This document shows positions 10,279-20,773 of a stretch of 64,000 nucleotides of DNA, in pieces. Made by a program: the position numbers and the translations under genes. Location: positions 512,001-576,000 of the forward strand of contig CAWECG010000004.1 of NCBI GenBank assembly GCA_963807605.1, in the 5' to 3' direction. The notes under the pieces are model-generated. The model ran no database searches. It was not told the origin of the DNA and worked only from the letters and a program-made list of their open reading frames with translations. The DNA is from Candidatus Bathyarchaeota archaeon (GTDB lineage Archaea > Thermoproteota > Bathyarchaeia > 40CM-2-53-6 > RBG-13-38-9). The stretch's first letter is position 1, and the number at the start of each line of letters is the position of its first letter.

Positions 10279-11760
10279 TCAATCTAGCGGGCGTACATGC
10301 TGGAAGAACCTACTAAAAGGCTTACTGGTCCAGATTGTCGATAATAGAAGGACAGCGTAGAGTGGAACATATTCAAGCAGTGCAATCGTCTGCGGCTCAT
10401 AATCGAGAGAGAACTGATACAGATAAGGAAGGACTACAACCGCCGTGAAATAGAGCCACCCGACCATTCTCTTGTCAAGCCCTCTTATCGCCAAGAAAGG
10501 CAGAAGCCAGATCAAATACCACTGAAACACGGATGGCGAAAATAGGAGAAACACGCCGAAAATCCAGATCAGACTCTCGGCCAATCCAGTCAGGTTATCG
10601 ACACTCTTCAATTTTAGTAATGTCGCAAAAACGAACATGAAAATCGCATAGTCAAGTATTGTGGCCACAAAAACGGAAGACTGTAGCGGAGCAAGAAGAT
10701 CTTTGACGAGTAAGAAGAGCGAAGGGTTGTAGGTTATGTTCTGAGAGTACCAGACAATCTGATTAAGAAAATTAAGACCCGAAGAAAACAATACCGGAGA
10801 AAACAGAAGCAACGATGAGCCGACAAAGCAGAGAATGAACTCTTTCAAGTGTCTCCTATACGATTTCCCCAAATACTTCAGGTAGACGGGTAATAGCAAA
10901 ATTGGGAAGAGTTTTGACCAGCAGGCAAGCGAATACATAATAGAAGATAGTCGGAAACGCCTTTTCGAAAGAAGGTACAGGCTTAACAACAAGAAGAATA
11001 GTGGCAAAGGCTCGATATGTCCGTTCCCGGCAGACTCAACTATCAGTAAAGGTGACCAAGCGTATACTACCAAACCTGAGAGCGAGAATCTCCCTTTTAA
11101 GCCACGCAGAATAAGCGTGAGAAGGCAGATGTTCAGAAGATCGAAAGTAATCATAGCAGCTTTGATTCCAATAGGATCATCGCCCACTACAGCGTAAGCA
11201 CCGGCGAAGAGGAATTGCGCCACGGGCGGATAAATCGTGAAGGTGCTCTTGAACTCATAATCCATGAAATAGGGAACATTCTTCAGTCCACTTAGCTCAG
11301 GGGAGTCCGGTCTGTAAAGGTAAGGATTCACTCCGTGACTTAACAACCTGCCATCCCAGAGAAACCGCATCATGTCGTGACTAAGACTGGGCTTCAAAGG
11401 CAGCATAATCAGTCTGAAAGCAAATGAGAACAAGAATACCGTGACGACCAAGGCCGGTGATATAGTAGACGGCCCGCGAGCTAGTCTGCTTGAAATCAAG
11501 ACCGATGATGCGTATAGCAAGAAACAGAAAAGAAAGAGCGCAACAAATTCACTTATCTTAGTCGCCGAGTCGCCCAACGATAGGATGGCAGAATATACAC
11601 CAAGCTGGACAAAACCAGAGAGAGCCAGGAGAATAATGTATCTAGATCCGAAGCCCTTCAGGCATGATATGCTGAGATTAGGAGTCCCCCTCCCGTCTAT
11701 GCTGGCGGATACCTTGTAGCGTCCGATACTTGTGGATCTTTCATGACGCTTCCAGCACAT
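10279..11760 (-). CDS. GT-C fold glycosyltransferase (GT87/DUF2029-like)
   Basis: S.D..R..WDG, NPY, TIYPP, AWSPL..E..GNGH.E, KLFP; multi-TM. True start may be downstream. Confidence 0.8.
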   Translation of the reverse strand: MCWKRHERSTSIGRYKVSASIDGRGTPNLSISCLKGFGSRYIILLALSGFVQLGVYSAILSLGDSATKISEFVALFLFCFLLYASSVLISSRLARGPSTISPALVVTVFLFSFAFRLIMLPLKPSLSHDMMRFLWDGRLLSHGVNPYLYRPDSPELSGLKNVPYFMDYEFKSTFTIYPPVAQFLFAGAYAVVGDDPIGIKAAMITFDLLNICLLTLILRGLKGRFSLSGLVVYAWSPLLIVESAGNGHIEPLPLFFLLLSLYLLSKRRFRLSSIMYSLACWSKLFPILLLPVYLKYLGKSYRRHLKEFILCFVGSSLLLFSPVLFSSGLNFLNQIVWYSQNITYNPSLFLLVKDLLAPLQSSVFVATILDYAIFMFVFATLLKLKSVDNLTGLAESLIWIFGVFLLFSPSVFQWYLIWLLPFLAIRGLDKRMVGWLYFTAVVVLPYLYQFSLDYEPQTIALLEYVPLYAVLLLSTIWTSKPFSRFFQHVRPLD

Positions 11761-11818
11761 ACGCTCCCATCTGGTAGTTGGGAATCCGCTTGCTAGATAA
11801 TAGCGTTGGGCTTGAGAC

Positions 11819-12280
11819 TTAGTTCAAGCCCTTTTGGAGAGAAACTCTCTTCCGCGTTAATGCGATCACAAGCAGAAGAGATAATGCAGTGACAAGAGGG
11901 GCTGCATATTGAGGGAATTCGGGTATTGGGACGCCAGACTCCGTCAGATAGAAGTTTAATGGTGTCGTAGACCCATCAGTGACGCTTACCGGAACGCTTT
12001 GTGACTTGCATCCAGGCACGCTACAAGTGACCATATAACTGCCGGACGGTAGGAAAAAGTAGTAGCCCCCACCAGCATTGAATACCACACTGGGAGTAAT
12101 GGTGACACTGCCACCTTTTGCAGTGATGTTTGCCCAACCAACTTGGTTGAGATCTCCCATGTGGTTCTTCACGTACACTGTCCCTTCTATCTCTCCGCCT
12201 TGCGCAACAGTCTTGTCGATACCTAATAAGAAGGCACAAGACAGAACTAATAACACCAGGATAAAAACCGCCCTTCTCAA
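11819..12280 (-). CDS. Secreted carboxypeptidase-regulatory-like beta domain protein with PEF-CTERM-type sorting signal
   Basis: Signal peptide; C-terminal VPIPEFP + TM helix + RKR. Confidence 0.78.
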   Translation of the reverse strand: MRRAVFILVLLVLSCAFLLGIDKTVAQGGEIEGTVYVKNHMGDLNQVGWANITAKGGSVTITPSVVFNAGGGYYFFLPSGSYMVTCSVPGCKSQSVPVSVTDGSTTPLNFYLTESGVPIPEFPQYAAPLVTALSLLLVIALTRKRVSLQKGLN

Positions 12281-12451
12281 AATCTCTACCTTACTGAATA
12301 ATCTCTCTAACTGCTAGAAAAACTTGTCTGCAGAGAAGTGGAATAGCTATTGAGTCAACGCGCGCTTCTGGAAAGATCAAGTTTTTGAGATACACTGGCA
12401 GCTTCGATCAAAAACTGGTAGCGTACGATTCGGTGCAGGAGACTGCCGTGA

Positions 12452-13144
12452 TTGATAATACTCAAGGATGTACCCTTGGCATTCAGCATTGACGACGCAC
12501 TGGCTGTGGGAGGCATGAGCCGCGTAGCTGACAAAATACGCAACCTGAGCGTCCTCCTAGAAGAATGCAAGAGTCTTGTCCGACCGGCTGCGGCCTACAC
12601 CTACGTGAAGATCAAGGAAATATCTGACGATGGAATCCTCGTAGAAGACGGCAAAATGCTTAGCAGCAGGAAACTCGCCGAGCAACTCAAATGCGCAACT
12701 GAAATTGCACCCTTCATAACTACGATTGGCCCACACTTGGAGCGAAGAGTAACTTCGATTGCACAAAGCCGGCTTCTCGATTCATGGGTGCTCGACAATT
12801 TAGGAACCTATGCCCTCCGTCTGGTGAACAGACATCTTGAAGAGAAAATCGCCGCTGAGAAAAAATGGAAGATATCAATATTCAATCCTGGATCCACTCC
12901 ATCATGGGAACTTGAACAACAAGAAGTCCTCTTCAGCATATTCCCCAAGGATAAGATTAGAGATGCGATTGGAGTAATCTTGAATGATAAATTCGTTATG
13001 ATGCCTAGGAAATCGATCTCAGGAATCATGGGCCAGACGATACAGGCGTATCATAATTGTTACGAATGCCCGAAGTTATGTGAATACAGACAGAAGCCTT
13101 ACATTGAACTAGCAAGAAAGCTCACCCCTTCAGGGGTGGGATGA
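12452..13144 (+). CDS. Cobalamin-dependent methionine synthase activation-domain-like protein; last residues encoded by the IS left end
   Basis: TIGP..E, NPGS...WELEQQ..LF, IGV.L....MM.P.KSISG, C..C...CEYR..PY. Confidence 0.8.
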   Translation: MIILKDVPLAFSIDDALAVGGMSRVADKIRNLSVLLEECKSLVRPAAAYTYVKIKEISDDGILVEDGKMLSSRKLAEQLKCATEIAPFITTIGPHLERRVTSIAQSRLLDSWVLDNLGTYALRLVNRHLEEKIAAEKKWKISIFNPGSTPSWELEQQEVLFSIFPKDKIRDAIGVILNDKFVMMPRKSISGIMGQTIQAYHNCYECPKLCEYRQKPYIELARKLTPSGVG

Positions 13145-14487
13145 ATTGCGACCAGTGTGAGACGTTTGGGGCTTAAATGTCTGGTGTTTCAATAATAATA
13201 CCGGTAGTTTCATGCAGAGAACCAACACCTTCATCCTTGCCCCAACAATGGAGCAAGAAAGAACACTGAGGGATAAAGCTACCAACTGTGCTAAACTTTG
13301 GAATGAGACGACATACCACAAAAGACAAGCATACATGAACTATCAACCCCTAAATTGGGAGTGCAAAGACCTCTATCGAAAGTATACACCACTAATCGAT
13401 TCGGCGACATCTCAACAGATCATCAGGAAGAGCAACGAGTCATGGAGAAGCTTCTTTGCCCTCAAGAAGCTGGAGCGAGAAGGCAAACTTCCGCCAAACA
13501 TGGAGAAGGTGTGTATGCCTGGATTCTGGAAGCGAGATGGAAAATACAAACTAATGATGATTCTGAGGAACGACTGCTACAATCTAAAGGATGGAGTGAT
13601 GAGACTACCAAAAAAGTTGCAGATACCCATCCGAGGCAAACCCAGATGGAGTGGGAAGCAGGGAAAGGCCGAGGTTATCTATGATGATGTTGATGGGAAG
13701 TGGCGTGTCTTTCAGGCTGTAAAGGTGAAGCCATTATTCAAGCCGAAAGGCTCCAAGACATGCTACATCGACCCCGGCGTAATCAACCTGTTCACCATTT
13801 GGCTTGAAGGATGGAGGCAACCAATATCATACAGTGGGAGAAATCTACTCTCTGATTGGTGGTACTGGGTCGATAGAATAGCAGAATGCCAGAGCAGACT
13901 CGAAACAATAAACGACAAGAAAAGTTCGAGGCGACTCAGCAAACTCTACAGGATAAGGCAACGGAGATTCCGACAAGCCATCAACACCATGATAAGAAAC
14001 ATGGTAAGAGACCTCTACGATCTCGGTGTTTCAAAGATTGTGATAGGAGACCTAACAGGCATAAGAGAGAACAATGATAATGGAAAGAAGAGCAACGCCA
14101 TAATCCACAACTTCTGGAGCTTCAACTACATCATTCAAAGACTGAAACATACAGCGCAAGAGTATAGGATACGGATCAAAGAAGTCAGCGAATACAAGAC
14201 TTCGAGCAAATGCGTGAGATGTGGGTCAGAAAACATTGAAAGGAAAGGCAGACTCTTCAAATGCCTTAATTGTGGACTAGAAGCAAATAGGGATGCTATT
14301 GGTGTTGTAAATATAGGACTCACTCAGGGGGTTAAGCTCCCTGCGGGAGTCATTAACAGGGCGATGACACGCCCTAACCTTCTAAAGTGGGATGGCATGA
14401 AGTGGGAGGCTAACAGGCCAGTGAACACTAGACCGTTGAACACTATAGAAGCTAGAATCACCCTGCCTTTAGGCGGGTGAGTGTCAA
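13103..14487 (+). mobile_element. IS200/IS605-family tnpB-only element T1
   Basis: Target TTAC (13099-13102); left-end hairpin preceded by AAAG; right end GAAT-hairpin-TCAA. Confidence 0.88.
13212..14480 (+). CDS. tnpB: RNA-guided endonuclease TnpB (intact)
   Basis: RuvC IDPG / IGDL / NRD and CxxC...CxxC zinc ribbon. Confidence 0.92.
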   Translation: MQRTNTFILAPTMEQERTLRDKATNCAKLWNETTYHKRQAYMNYQPLNWECKDLYRKYTPLIDSATSQQIIRKSNESWRSFFALKKLEREGKLPPNMEKVCMPGFWKRDGKYKLMMILRNDCYNLKDGVMRLPKKLQIPIRGKPRWSGKQGKAEVIYDDVDGKWRVFQAVKVKPLFKPKGSKTCYIDPGVINLFTIWLEGWRQPISYSGRNLLSDWWYWVDRIAECQSRLETINDKKSSRRLSKLYRIRQRRFRQAINTMIRNMVRDLYDLGVSKIVIGDLTGIRENNDNGKKSNAIIHNFWSFNYIIQRLKHTAQEYRIRIKEVSEYKTSSKCVRCGSENIERKGRLFKCLNCGLEANRDAIGVVNIGLTQGVKLPAGVINRAMTRPNLLKWDGMKWEANRPVNTRPLNTIEARITLPLGG

Positions 14488-15003
14488 ACTGACATACTCG
14501 CAAAGGTCTCTTGCCACCTTTCAGATGATCTAAAGAAAAGGATCACGGATTCCATATTTCTTAGAGAAATAGGGAGGTATAAAGGTCCTAGTCGAAGGCT
14601 CCAGACACTCGGCATCCTTAACTTGGCATTGCCAGAACTGATCGAGAAGATCGAGAAGATTGAGGCTGAAGCGGATATCCTCCAGAAGGATAAGATTGAG
14701 CTCAATTCTACAATTAGAAATAATAATGATGTTATTGGAAGTCAGGCTCGTAGGATCAAACAACTAGGGGACGAAAATACGTCACTAGCGTCGGATCTCG
14801 TTCGGACGCGTAAAGCGTCTATGGACCTCTGGCAAGTCATGGTCAAGTTTTCGGAGATCTCTTTTAGGTCTGATATGGCTGACCTTGAACAGACAAGCAC
14901 TTGGTTATCGTTAGTTCAGGTTAACGAGGCAATAGCAAAAGATCTATCGTCAGTTCTCATAGCTGTAAAACCTGAAGCCCAGAAGCATAGAGATTATATA
15001 TGA
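14488..15003 (+). CDS. Coiled-coil hypothetical protein, probably 5'-truncated by T1
   Basis: The frame of ORF 14623-15003 stays open for 45 more codons, right up to the IS right end. Confidence 0.5.
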   Translation, partial: TDILAKVSCHLSDDLKKRITDSIFLREIGRYKGPSRRLQTLGILNLALPELIEKIEKIEAEADILQKDKIELNSTIRNNNDVIGSQARRIKQLGDENTSLASDLVRTRKASMDLWQVMVKFSEISFRSDMADLEQTSTWLSLVQVNEAIAKDLSSVLIAVKPEAQKHRDYI

Positions 15004-15193
15004 TCGCCAGAAACCCCTGATAACCGCAACGAAAGAGCAACTCAACACAGCCAAACAATTGCTGAAACAACCCTGAATGTGTTCTGGCCTCCTCAGAAAC
15101 ACGTAGTAATCTCGCAGGAACAAATTGCATGTGAGTTAACCCTGCTCCTTTATACGGGTCTCAGCCAGTCTACGCGCGGGGCTTGATTGTCTA

Positions 15194-17122
15194 TTAGTTT
15201 ACTATTCTAAGCTTGCGGATGTCTTCGGCGATTTCATGGAGTCCGAGTGTCTCAAGTTTCTCGGGTTTCGGTAAGCCCGTAGCTACTTGCCATCCGCGTG
15301 CATCATAGTATTCGTCGAGTATTCTGTCAAATCTCTCCTGGTCGACCACAGCTCCTCCGCTCGGTCCTCCACCCATGAGGGGTTCCTCAAAGAATCTCTT
15401 GGGTATAGTATCGTCCTTCCTAGACGCTCCCTCTCTCGCATTGAAGGCTTTCTCAATGTTGAAGACCCGTTCACCTGCGAGCAGCATCTCCTCGACGCCA
15501 AGACTTGACCCTGTAATTGTGTTGTAAAGGCGAGTTGCTATATCCAGGCCTTTCCTTCGAAGGTATTCAAATGTGGCAGAGCGGTAGTAGGCGAACTTGC
15601 AGAGGCCTAACAGGTCTCCTATTGTGACGAAGTCCTCGCTCCATTTGACGAGCCTCCCCTTACCTTTCACGCCGTTCCTGATGTCAGCGGCTTCTTCACT
15701 TCCAAACCACTGCTTCGCTTCAGTCGGTGTTGCAATCTCCTCAATGTAGGGGTTTGATCTGAGATGGTCCGCTCCGCGAGTCCCTGTTGCATAAGAGACT
15801 GCCCTAACAGGCATACCTCTTGGGTCACCGGCACTCATCTCAACCCCTTTTATTTGCATAGCAAATCGTTCAGATCCCTTGCCAATCTTTGAGGCTGCTC
15901 TGAGAGTTCCCTCAGCCAAGAGGTCACCTAAGTTCTCCCTCAACGCAATCCTTCTTGTGAGCTCAAGCATCACATCGGCATCCCTGAACTGCAACTTCAA
16001 TCCGGCGGTATCATCATCGGTGAGTAGACCTTTCTCATAACACTCCATGGCGAATGCAATTGTATCTCCAGTGCTCTCAGCATCAAGACCGTACATATTG
16101 GCCTGCATGGCCTGGTAGATTATGGACTCAGCATCGGTTACCCCGCAGGTGATTGCTCTCGCGATGGATTCCCACTCCATTTTAGCAACAGTGCCTGCAA
16201 ACCGTCCGGAGTTTATCCGGAACTCCCTTCTACACATCACAGAGCAGTTAGGACACGATGCAGCCTTGATAGTGTACTTATTCCTTAACAGGTCAGGATC
16301 AACACCACTCCAATCGTACGGTCCAATCCTCCAGTTTTCTGCACCGTGAATCCCAAACTTGGCCCGGTGATAGATGAACCGAGGAGTACCATACTTCTTG
16401 GCTGGAGGAACGTACGGATCCGCCGAAATGACATCCAGGTAATCTTGGACGGCTGCTTTGAAGCCTGCAGTATCTCCCAACCCAATGTCCTTATGCCCTC
16501 TCGCTGCGATCGCCTTTAGGTTCTTAGCGCCGAAGACAGCACCGCCGCCGCATCTGGCATGTGCTCCCAACCCACCGTCAGTCATTACGGAGGCGTAACG
16601 AACTAGTTTCTCACCCGCCGGGCCTATAGTTACAGTTGCGAGATCAGGGACGTCAAGTTCTTCCCTTAACGTCTTATGCGTGTCCGCGGTCAGTCTTCCC
16701 CAAAGCTTTGATGCATCGCGTATCTCCACGTCATCATCCTTTATGGCTACGTAGACAGGGTTTGATGCTCGCCCTGAGACTATCAGACAATCATATCCGC
16801 AATGTTTGAGGTTGGCGCCCAATAGTCCGGAGGAGGTTGCATCTCCGTGAAGGGAGCTCAGGGGAGACTTGAAAGTAATAGTGGTTCTGCTTGCAGCTGG
16901 GGCCGCTGTTCCCGTCAGGGCTCCAGGGGTCAGAACCATGATGTTCTCAGGCCCTAGAGGGTCGATTCCGCGCTGCACTTCCCTGTAGAGTATGATGGAG
17001 CCGAATCCTCTTCCACCAATGAATTTTGCGGCAAACTCCGGATCAAGATCTTCAATTCTATGTCTGTCTCTTGAGAGGTCTATTCTCAGGATCTTTCCAG
17101 CGTAGCCGCCCTTGAACGCCAC
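15194..17122 (-). CDS. aor: Tungsten aldehyde:ferredoxin oxidoreductase family protein
   Basis: GYAGKILRIDLS, GGRG, IGPAGE, KNLKAI, GADH, DLLGLCKF. Confidence 0.93.
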   Translation of the reverse strand: MAFKGGYAGKILRIDLSRDRHRIEDLDPEFAAKFIGGRGFGSIILYREVQRGIDPLGPENIMVLTPGALTGTAAPAASRTTITFKSPLSSLHGDATSSGLLGANLKHCGYDCLIVSGRASNPVYVAIKDDDVEIRDASKLWGRLTADTHKTLREELDVPDLATVTIGPAGEKLVRYASVMTDGGLGAHARCGGGAVFGAKNLKAIAARGHKDIGLGDTAGFKAAVQDYLDVISADPYVPPAKKYGTPRFIYHRAKFGIHGAENWRIGPYDWSGVDPDLLRNKYTIKAASCPNCSVMCRREFRINSGRFAGTVAKMEWESIARAITCGVTDAESIIYQAMQANMYGLDAESTGDTIAFAMECYEKGLLTDDDTAGLKLQFRDADVMLELTRRIALRENLGDLLAEGTLRAASKIGKGSERFAMQIKGVEMSAGDPRGMPVRAVSYATGTRGADHLRSNPYIEEIATPTEAKQWFGSEEAADIRNGVKGKGRLVKWSEDFVTIGDLLGLCKFAYYRSATFEYLRRKGLDIATRLYNTITGSSLGVEEMLLAGERVFNIEKAFNAREGASRKDDTIPKRFFEEPLMGGGPSGGAVVDQERFDRILDEYYDARGWQVATGLPKPEKLETLGLHEIAEDIRKLRIVN

Positions 17123-17692
17123 CTATTTGACCTCCTTGCCCAGACTCCTTTGCAGGGAGAATGCCCGCTCCCGTTCAAGAAACCTGGCTTCATGGCGAGA
17201 TCCTGTCAAAAGAGTCTCATCACGTGCCAGCGAGGATGCGAACATAGTTCTCCGGGCATTGATGGATTTCACGCCTGAAGTCTCAACCATGTGAAGTACC
17301 TTGCTTGGGCAGTACTTCGCACATTCAGGAGAACCGCTGCAGAGATCGCACTTAAGAGCCTTAGACGTGATAGGATCCTTGGTTATGGCGCCGATTGGAC
17401 ACCATTCTAGGCACACGCCACAACTTGTGCATCTCTCCTCATCTATTACTACGGCACCTGTCTTTTCGTTGAGCTTGATCAGATCGAGCGGACATTTTCC
17501 TAAACACAAACCACACTGAATGCAGGTCGCAGGAAGATCAAGGCCTCCGTCAAAAGAGACCACCTTGATCCTTGCTCTGTCAGGATTGAATACATTCACG
17601 TGCCTGAGGGAGCACATGAGCTCGCATAAGCGGCAACCGGTACAATGTCCTTCGAGCTCTGATCTGGGGACGTAAAGAATCTGCTTTTTCAC
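17123..17692 (-). CDS. 4Fe-4S dicluster electron-transfer subunit of the AOR
   Basis: Multiple CxxCxxCxxxC motifs; abuts the aor start. Confidence 0.9.
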   Translation of the reverse strand: MKKQILYVPRSELEGHCTGCRLCELMCSLRHVNVFNPDRARIKVVSFDGGLDLPATCIQCGLCLGKCPLDLIKLNEKTGAVVIDEERCTSCGVCLEWCPIGAITKDPITSKALKCDLCSGSPECAKYCPSKVLHMVETSGVKSINARRTMFASSLARDETLLTGSRHEARFLERERAFSLQRSLGKEVK

Positions 17693-17826
17693 CGTTTCTT
17701 ATCGCCTTAGCAACTTTGAAGGCAACTCGTAGGACGCCCAATCCCGTATTTAAACAGCTTCGAACTAGAGCGACTATTGTCAAGCGATAGACGAACAGGC
17801 CTCAAATCATAGGGAGCGCTCGCTAG

Positions 17827-18792
17827 TCATTTCCAGATTGTCTTCATGAGCTTGAGTGTCTTGAGGAATCCTGTGTCTCTATCTATTGTGACGTCTTCAG
17901 GTTTGAATTTCGTGTAGTCGTAGAAGCCTTTCCTAGTTTTCATGCCAAGTTCACCTTTAGCAACCTTCTCAGTCATAGCCTTGGGGACCCTTTTTGAATT
18001 TGATAAGCTCGGCAGTATGTACTTCCAGACTTTACAGGAAGTATCTATGCCTGCTGAATCCATCTGGTGAAATGGTCCAACCGTTGCCCATCTTAGACCG
18101 AGAACACTGTTGAGGCAGATGTCGACATCCTCAATGGTAGCAACTCCTTTCTCAACAAGGTAGAAAGCCTCCCTTCCAAGAGCATGTTGAAGTCTATTGA
18201 GCAAGAATCCATCGATCTCTTTCTTAACCACGAAAGGTACTTTGCCGATCTTCTTAATCAAATCGTATGATATCCTGAAGGTCCTGTCTGAAGTCTTCCT
18301 TCCCCTAATTATCTCTACACCAGGGACAATGTGGGGAGGTACGGAGAAATGTGTTCCAATGACTCTATCAGGCCGTTTAAGTCCTTGAGCTATCTTGGTG
18401 ATCATTAGACCCGACGTGTTAGTTGCGAGTATCGCATTGTCAGAAGCGTATTTTTCTAACTGAGTGAAGACTTTTCTTTTCATTTTGAGATCTTCCGTTA
18501 CAGCTTCCGTGACGAAGTCACAGCCTTCAGCAGCGTCTTTGATGCTTGTTGCAGAAGATATCCTGTTCAGCGCTTCTTCAGATTCATTCTCAGTAACAAA
18601 CTCGTTATTGACCAGTGTTCTGAGTTCCGCTCTTATCTGCCTCATTCCCCTCTCTAAGAGCTCGTTGTTAACATCCATCATCGTAGTTGGGTAGCCGTTC
18701 AGAGCGTAAACCTCAGTTATTCCGTGACCCATAACTCCCGAGCCTATTACGGCCATTCTGTGAATCTCTTCAACTGAGTTCATTTGATTCAT
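17827..18792 (-). CDS. 3-hydroxyacyl-CoA dehydrogenase family protein
   Basis: GSGVMG, EAVTE, TNTS, GTHF, GFLLNR, G.KTRKGFYDY. Confidence 0.9.
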   Translation of the reverse strand: MNQMNSVEEIHRMAVIGSGVMGHGITEVYALNGYPTTMMDVNNELLERGMRQIRAELRTLVNNEFVTENESEEALNRISSATSIKDAAEGCDFVTEAVTEDLKMKRKVFTQLEKYASDNAILATNTSGLMITKIAQGLKRPDRVIGTHFSVPPHIVPGVEIIRGRKTSDRTFRISYDLIKKIGKVPFVVKKEIDGFLLNRLQHALGREAFYLVEKGVATIEDVDICLNSVLGLRWATVGPFHQMDSAGIDTSCKVWKYILPSLSNSKRVPKAMTEKVAKGELGMKTRKGFYDYTKFKPEDVTIDRDTGFLKTLKLMKTIWK

Positions 18793-18950
18793 TCCTTAAA
18801 TTACGTCTATATCGTCCCATTACTAAATCTGTGTATGCGCCTAGATTATTACTGCTTATCGCACACCAACGTAAACGAGCGGTAGCATACGCTAGAAGAC
18901 GATTATGACGGGGCAAGAGCAGATGATACGTCAGGGGTAACGATCGCAGG

Positions 18951-19708
18951 CTACCTCATGCCTCTTCCGCCAGATACCGTAATGATTTCTCCTGTGATGA
19001 AGTCTGATTCCTGGGATGCCAGAAAGAGCGCCGCATATGCGATTTCATCAGGCTTGCCGTTTCTCTGAAGAGGTGCCTCTTCAATCGGTATCCTTCTCCT
19101 CTCTGGTGGCAGAGAGGCGGACATATCAGTCTCTATCAGACCCGGGCAGATGGCATTAACATTCAGATGGGGACCAAGGTTAACTGCAAGTGCCCGTGTC
19201 AGACCTATGACGCCCGCTTTTGAAGCTGCGTAGGGGACATTTCCAAGAGCTGATTTCTGAGGTAAACCCGAGACAGATGCTATGTTGATTATCTTGCCTC
19301 TTTTTTGGTTAAGCATTATAGGTGCAACTTCTTTGGCGCACAGGTAACTCCCCTTAAGATTTACGTCCATCATTCTATCCCACATCTCTTCTGTGGAGTC
19401 AAGAAAGGTCGCTGGAACTAGTATCCCCGCGTTGTTGACGAGGATGTCTATTCGGCCGAATTTTTCAATGGTTTTCTCAACCATCTTCTTGACTTGGTCT
19501 GCCTTGGAGACGTCGCCTTTAACAAGTAATGCTTCCCCCCATTCTTCCTGATCTCTTCCGCTAGGCTTGTGGCCTCTTTCTCGGATCTGCTGTAGTTAAT
19601 TACGACTTTGGCTCCTTCTTGAGCGAAGAGTCTTGCTGTCGCGCGGCCGATTCCACGGGCAGCACCAGTAACAATTGCAACCTTACCTGACAATCTTTTG
19701 TTTGACAT
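18951..19708 (-). pseudogene. SDR oxidoreductase split by a 1-bp deletion in a G-run
   Basis: ORFs 19448-19708 and 18951-19484 join; C6 at 19535-19540 versus C7 in the intact paralog. Confidence 0.85.
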
Positions 19709-19771
19709 TTAATATCACATCAGATGGAGTCTAGAATTAGTGGATCCCTATAGCTTGAATGTATTGTCAAC

Positions 19772-20689
19772 TCAACTCTTAGACAGATATCGTTTTGGGC
19801 ATTTCAAAGCTGCTGTATACAACGGATTTGTTATCTGGCTGCATTCGATTTCTGCTACTGATGTCAACAGGAGATTAGCATCCCACATGTCAAGACCGTA
19901 GTCATCCTTTAGCCAAGATATCATCTCTGTCAAGGCAATCCTGATGGTATTCTCCAGCGGTTTGGAGCTTCCAATTGTTATCAAGTACTCATCTGATTCT
20001 ATGCGAGGCCACGAGATCTTCCAATTCTTGATTAGATTTATTGTTAGTTTTGTTTCGGTTGAAACCTCGATTGGTGCGCCTCCAAGTTCTCCGTGTCCTT
20101 GCAGAGCGTGGACATCACCAAGGAACAGTAGTCCTCCAGTGACAAAGACGGGGAAATACAGCTTATTCTTCGGTCGTACTTCTAGGCAATCCATGTTTCC
20201 CCCGTGAGGGCCTGGAACGTTGCTGGGCACTTCTACCTCTGGAGCCGTTCCTATCGTTCCGACCAAAGGTTTCACAGGCAGGATTATCTCTTTTCCATTC
20301 CTCAACGGGAAGTGTATCTTGTTCTCTGTGATCTTGCAGATTTTGATTATGGTTGGGATAGTTTCGGTAAACAAGTTCCAGATGGGGCTGCCCATCTCTA
20401 TGAATCCCCAATCTGAAGTCTGTCCGGTCCAGCCGTATCCTCTTAATATCTTTACGTCTTCTATGATGACTTCTAAGGCGTCTCCCTTCTCAGCATTTTC
20501 GACAAATATTGGTCCGGATAGCGGATTTAGAGGGGGGTGTATCTGGTCTCTGTCATTTACAGAATTGACTCTATTGCCCACATTGTCAAGGGTCTCGATC
20601 GTGACGGTCTCGCCTGATCTTATTCTTAGTTCCGGTTCTATGCTGGGGCTAATAGTGTGGTAGCGCTTTTTTTGTCTTAAGCACGTCAA
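19772..20689 (-). CDS. Acetamidase/formamidase family protein
   Basis: NPLSGPIFV, GGNMD, GDVHALQGHGE. Confidence 0.9.
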   Translation of the reverse strand: MTCLRQKKRYHTISPSIEPELRIRSGETVTIETLDNVGNRVNSVNDRDQIHPPLNPLSGPIFVENAEKGDALEVIIEDVKILRGYGWTGQTSDWGFIEMGSPIWNLFTETIPTIIKICKITENKIHFPLRNGKEIILPVKPLVGTIGTAPEVEVPSNVPGPHGGNMDCLEVRPKNKLYFPVFVTGGLLFLGDVHALQGHGELGGAPIEVSTETKLTINLIKNWKISWPRIESDEYLITIGSSKPLENTIRIALTEMISWLKDDYGLDMWDANLLLTSVAEIECSQITNPLYTAALKCPKRYLSKS

Positions 20690-20773
20690 AATACTTCACC
20701 ATAATGTTTCTATCTTTTAAATGCGCGATTATCCGAAAAGGCCCGGCGCAGCGACTTATTCAACAGCGGATCG

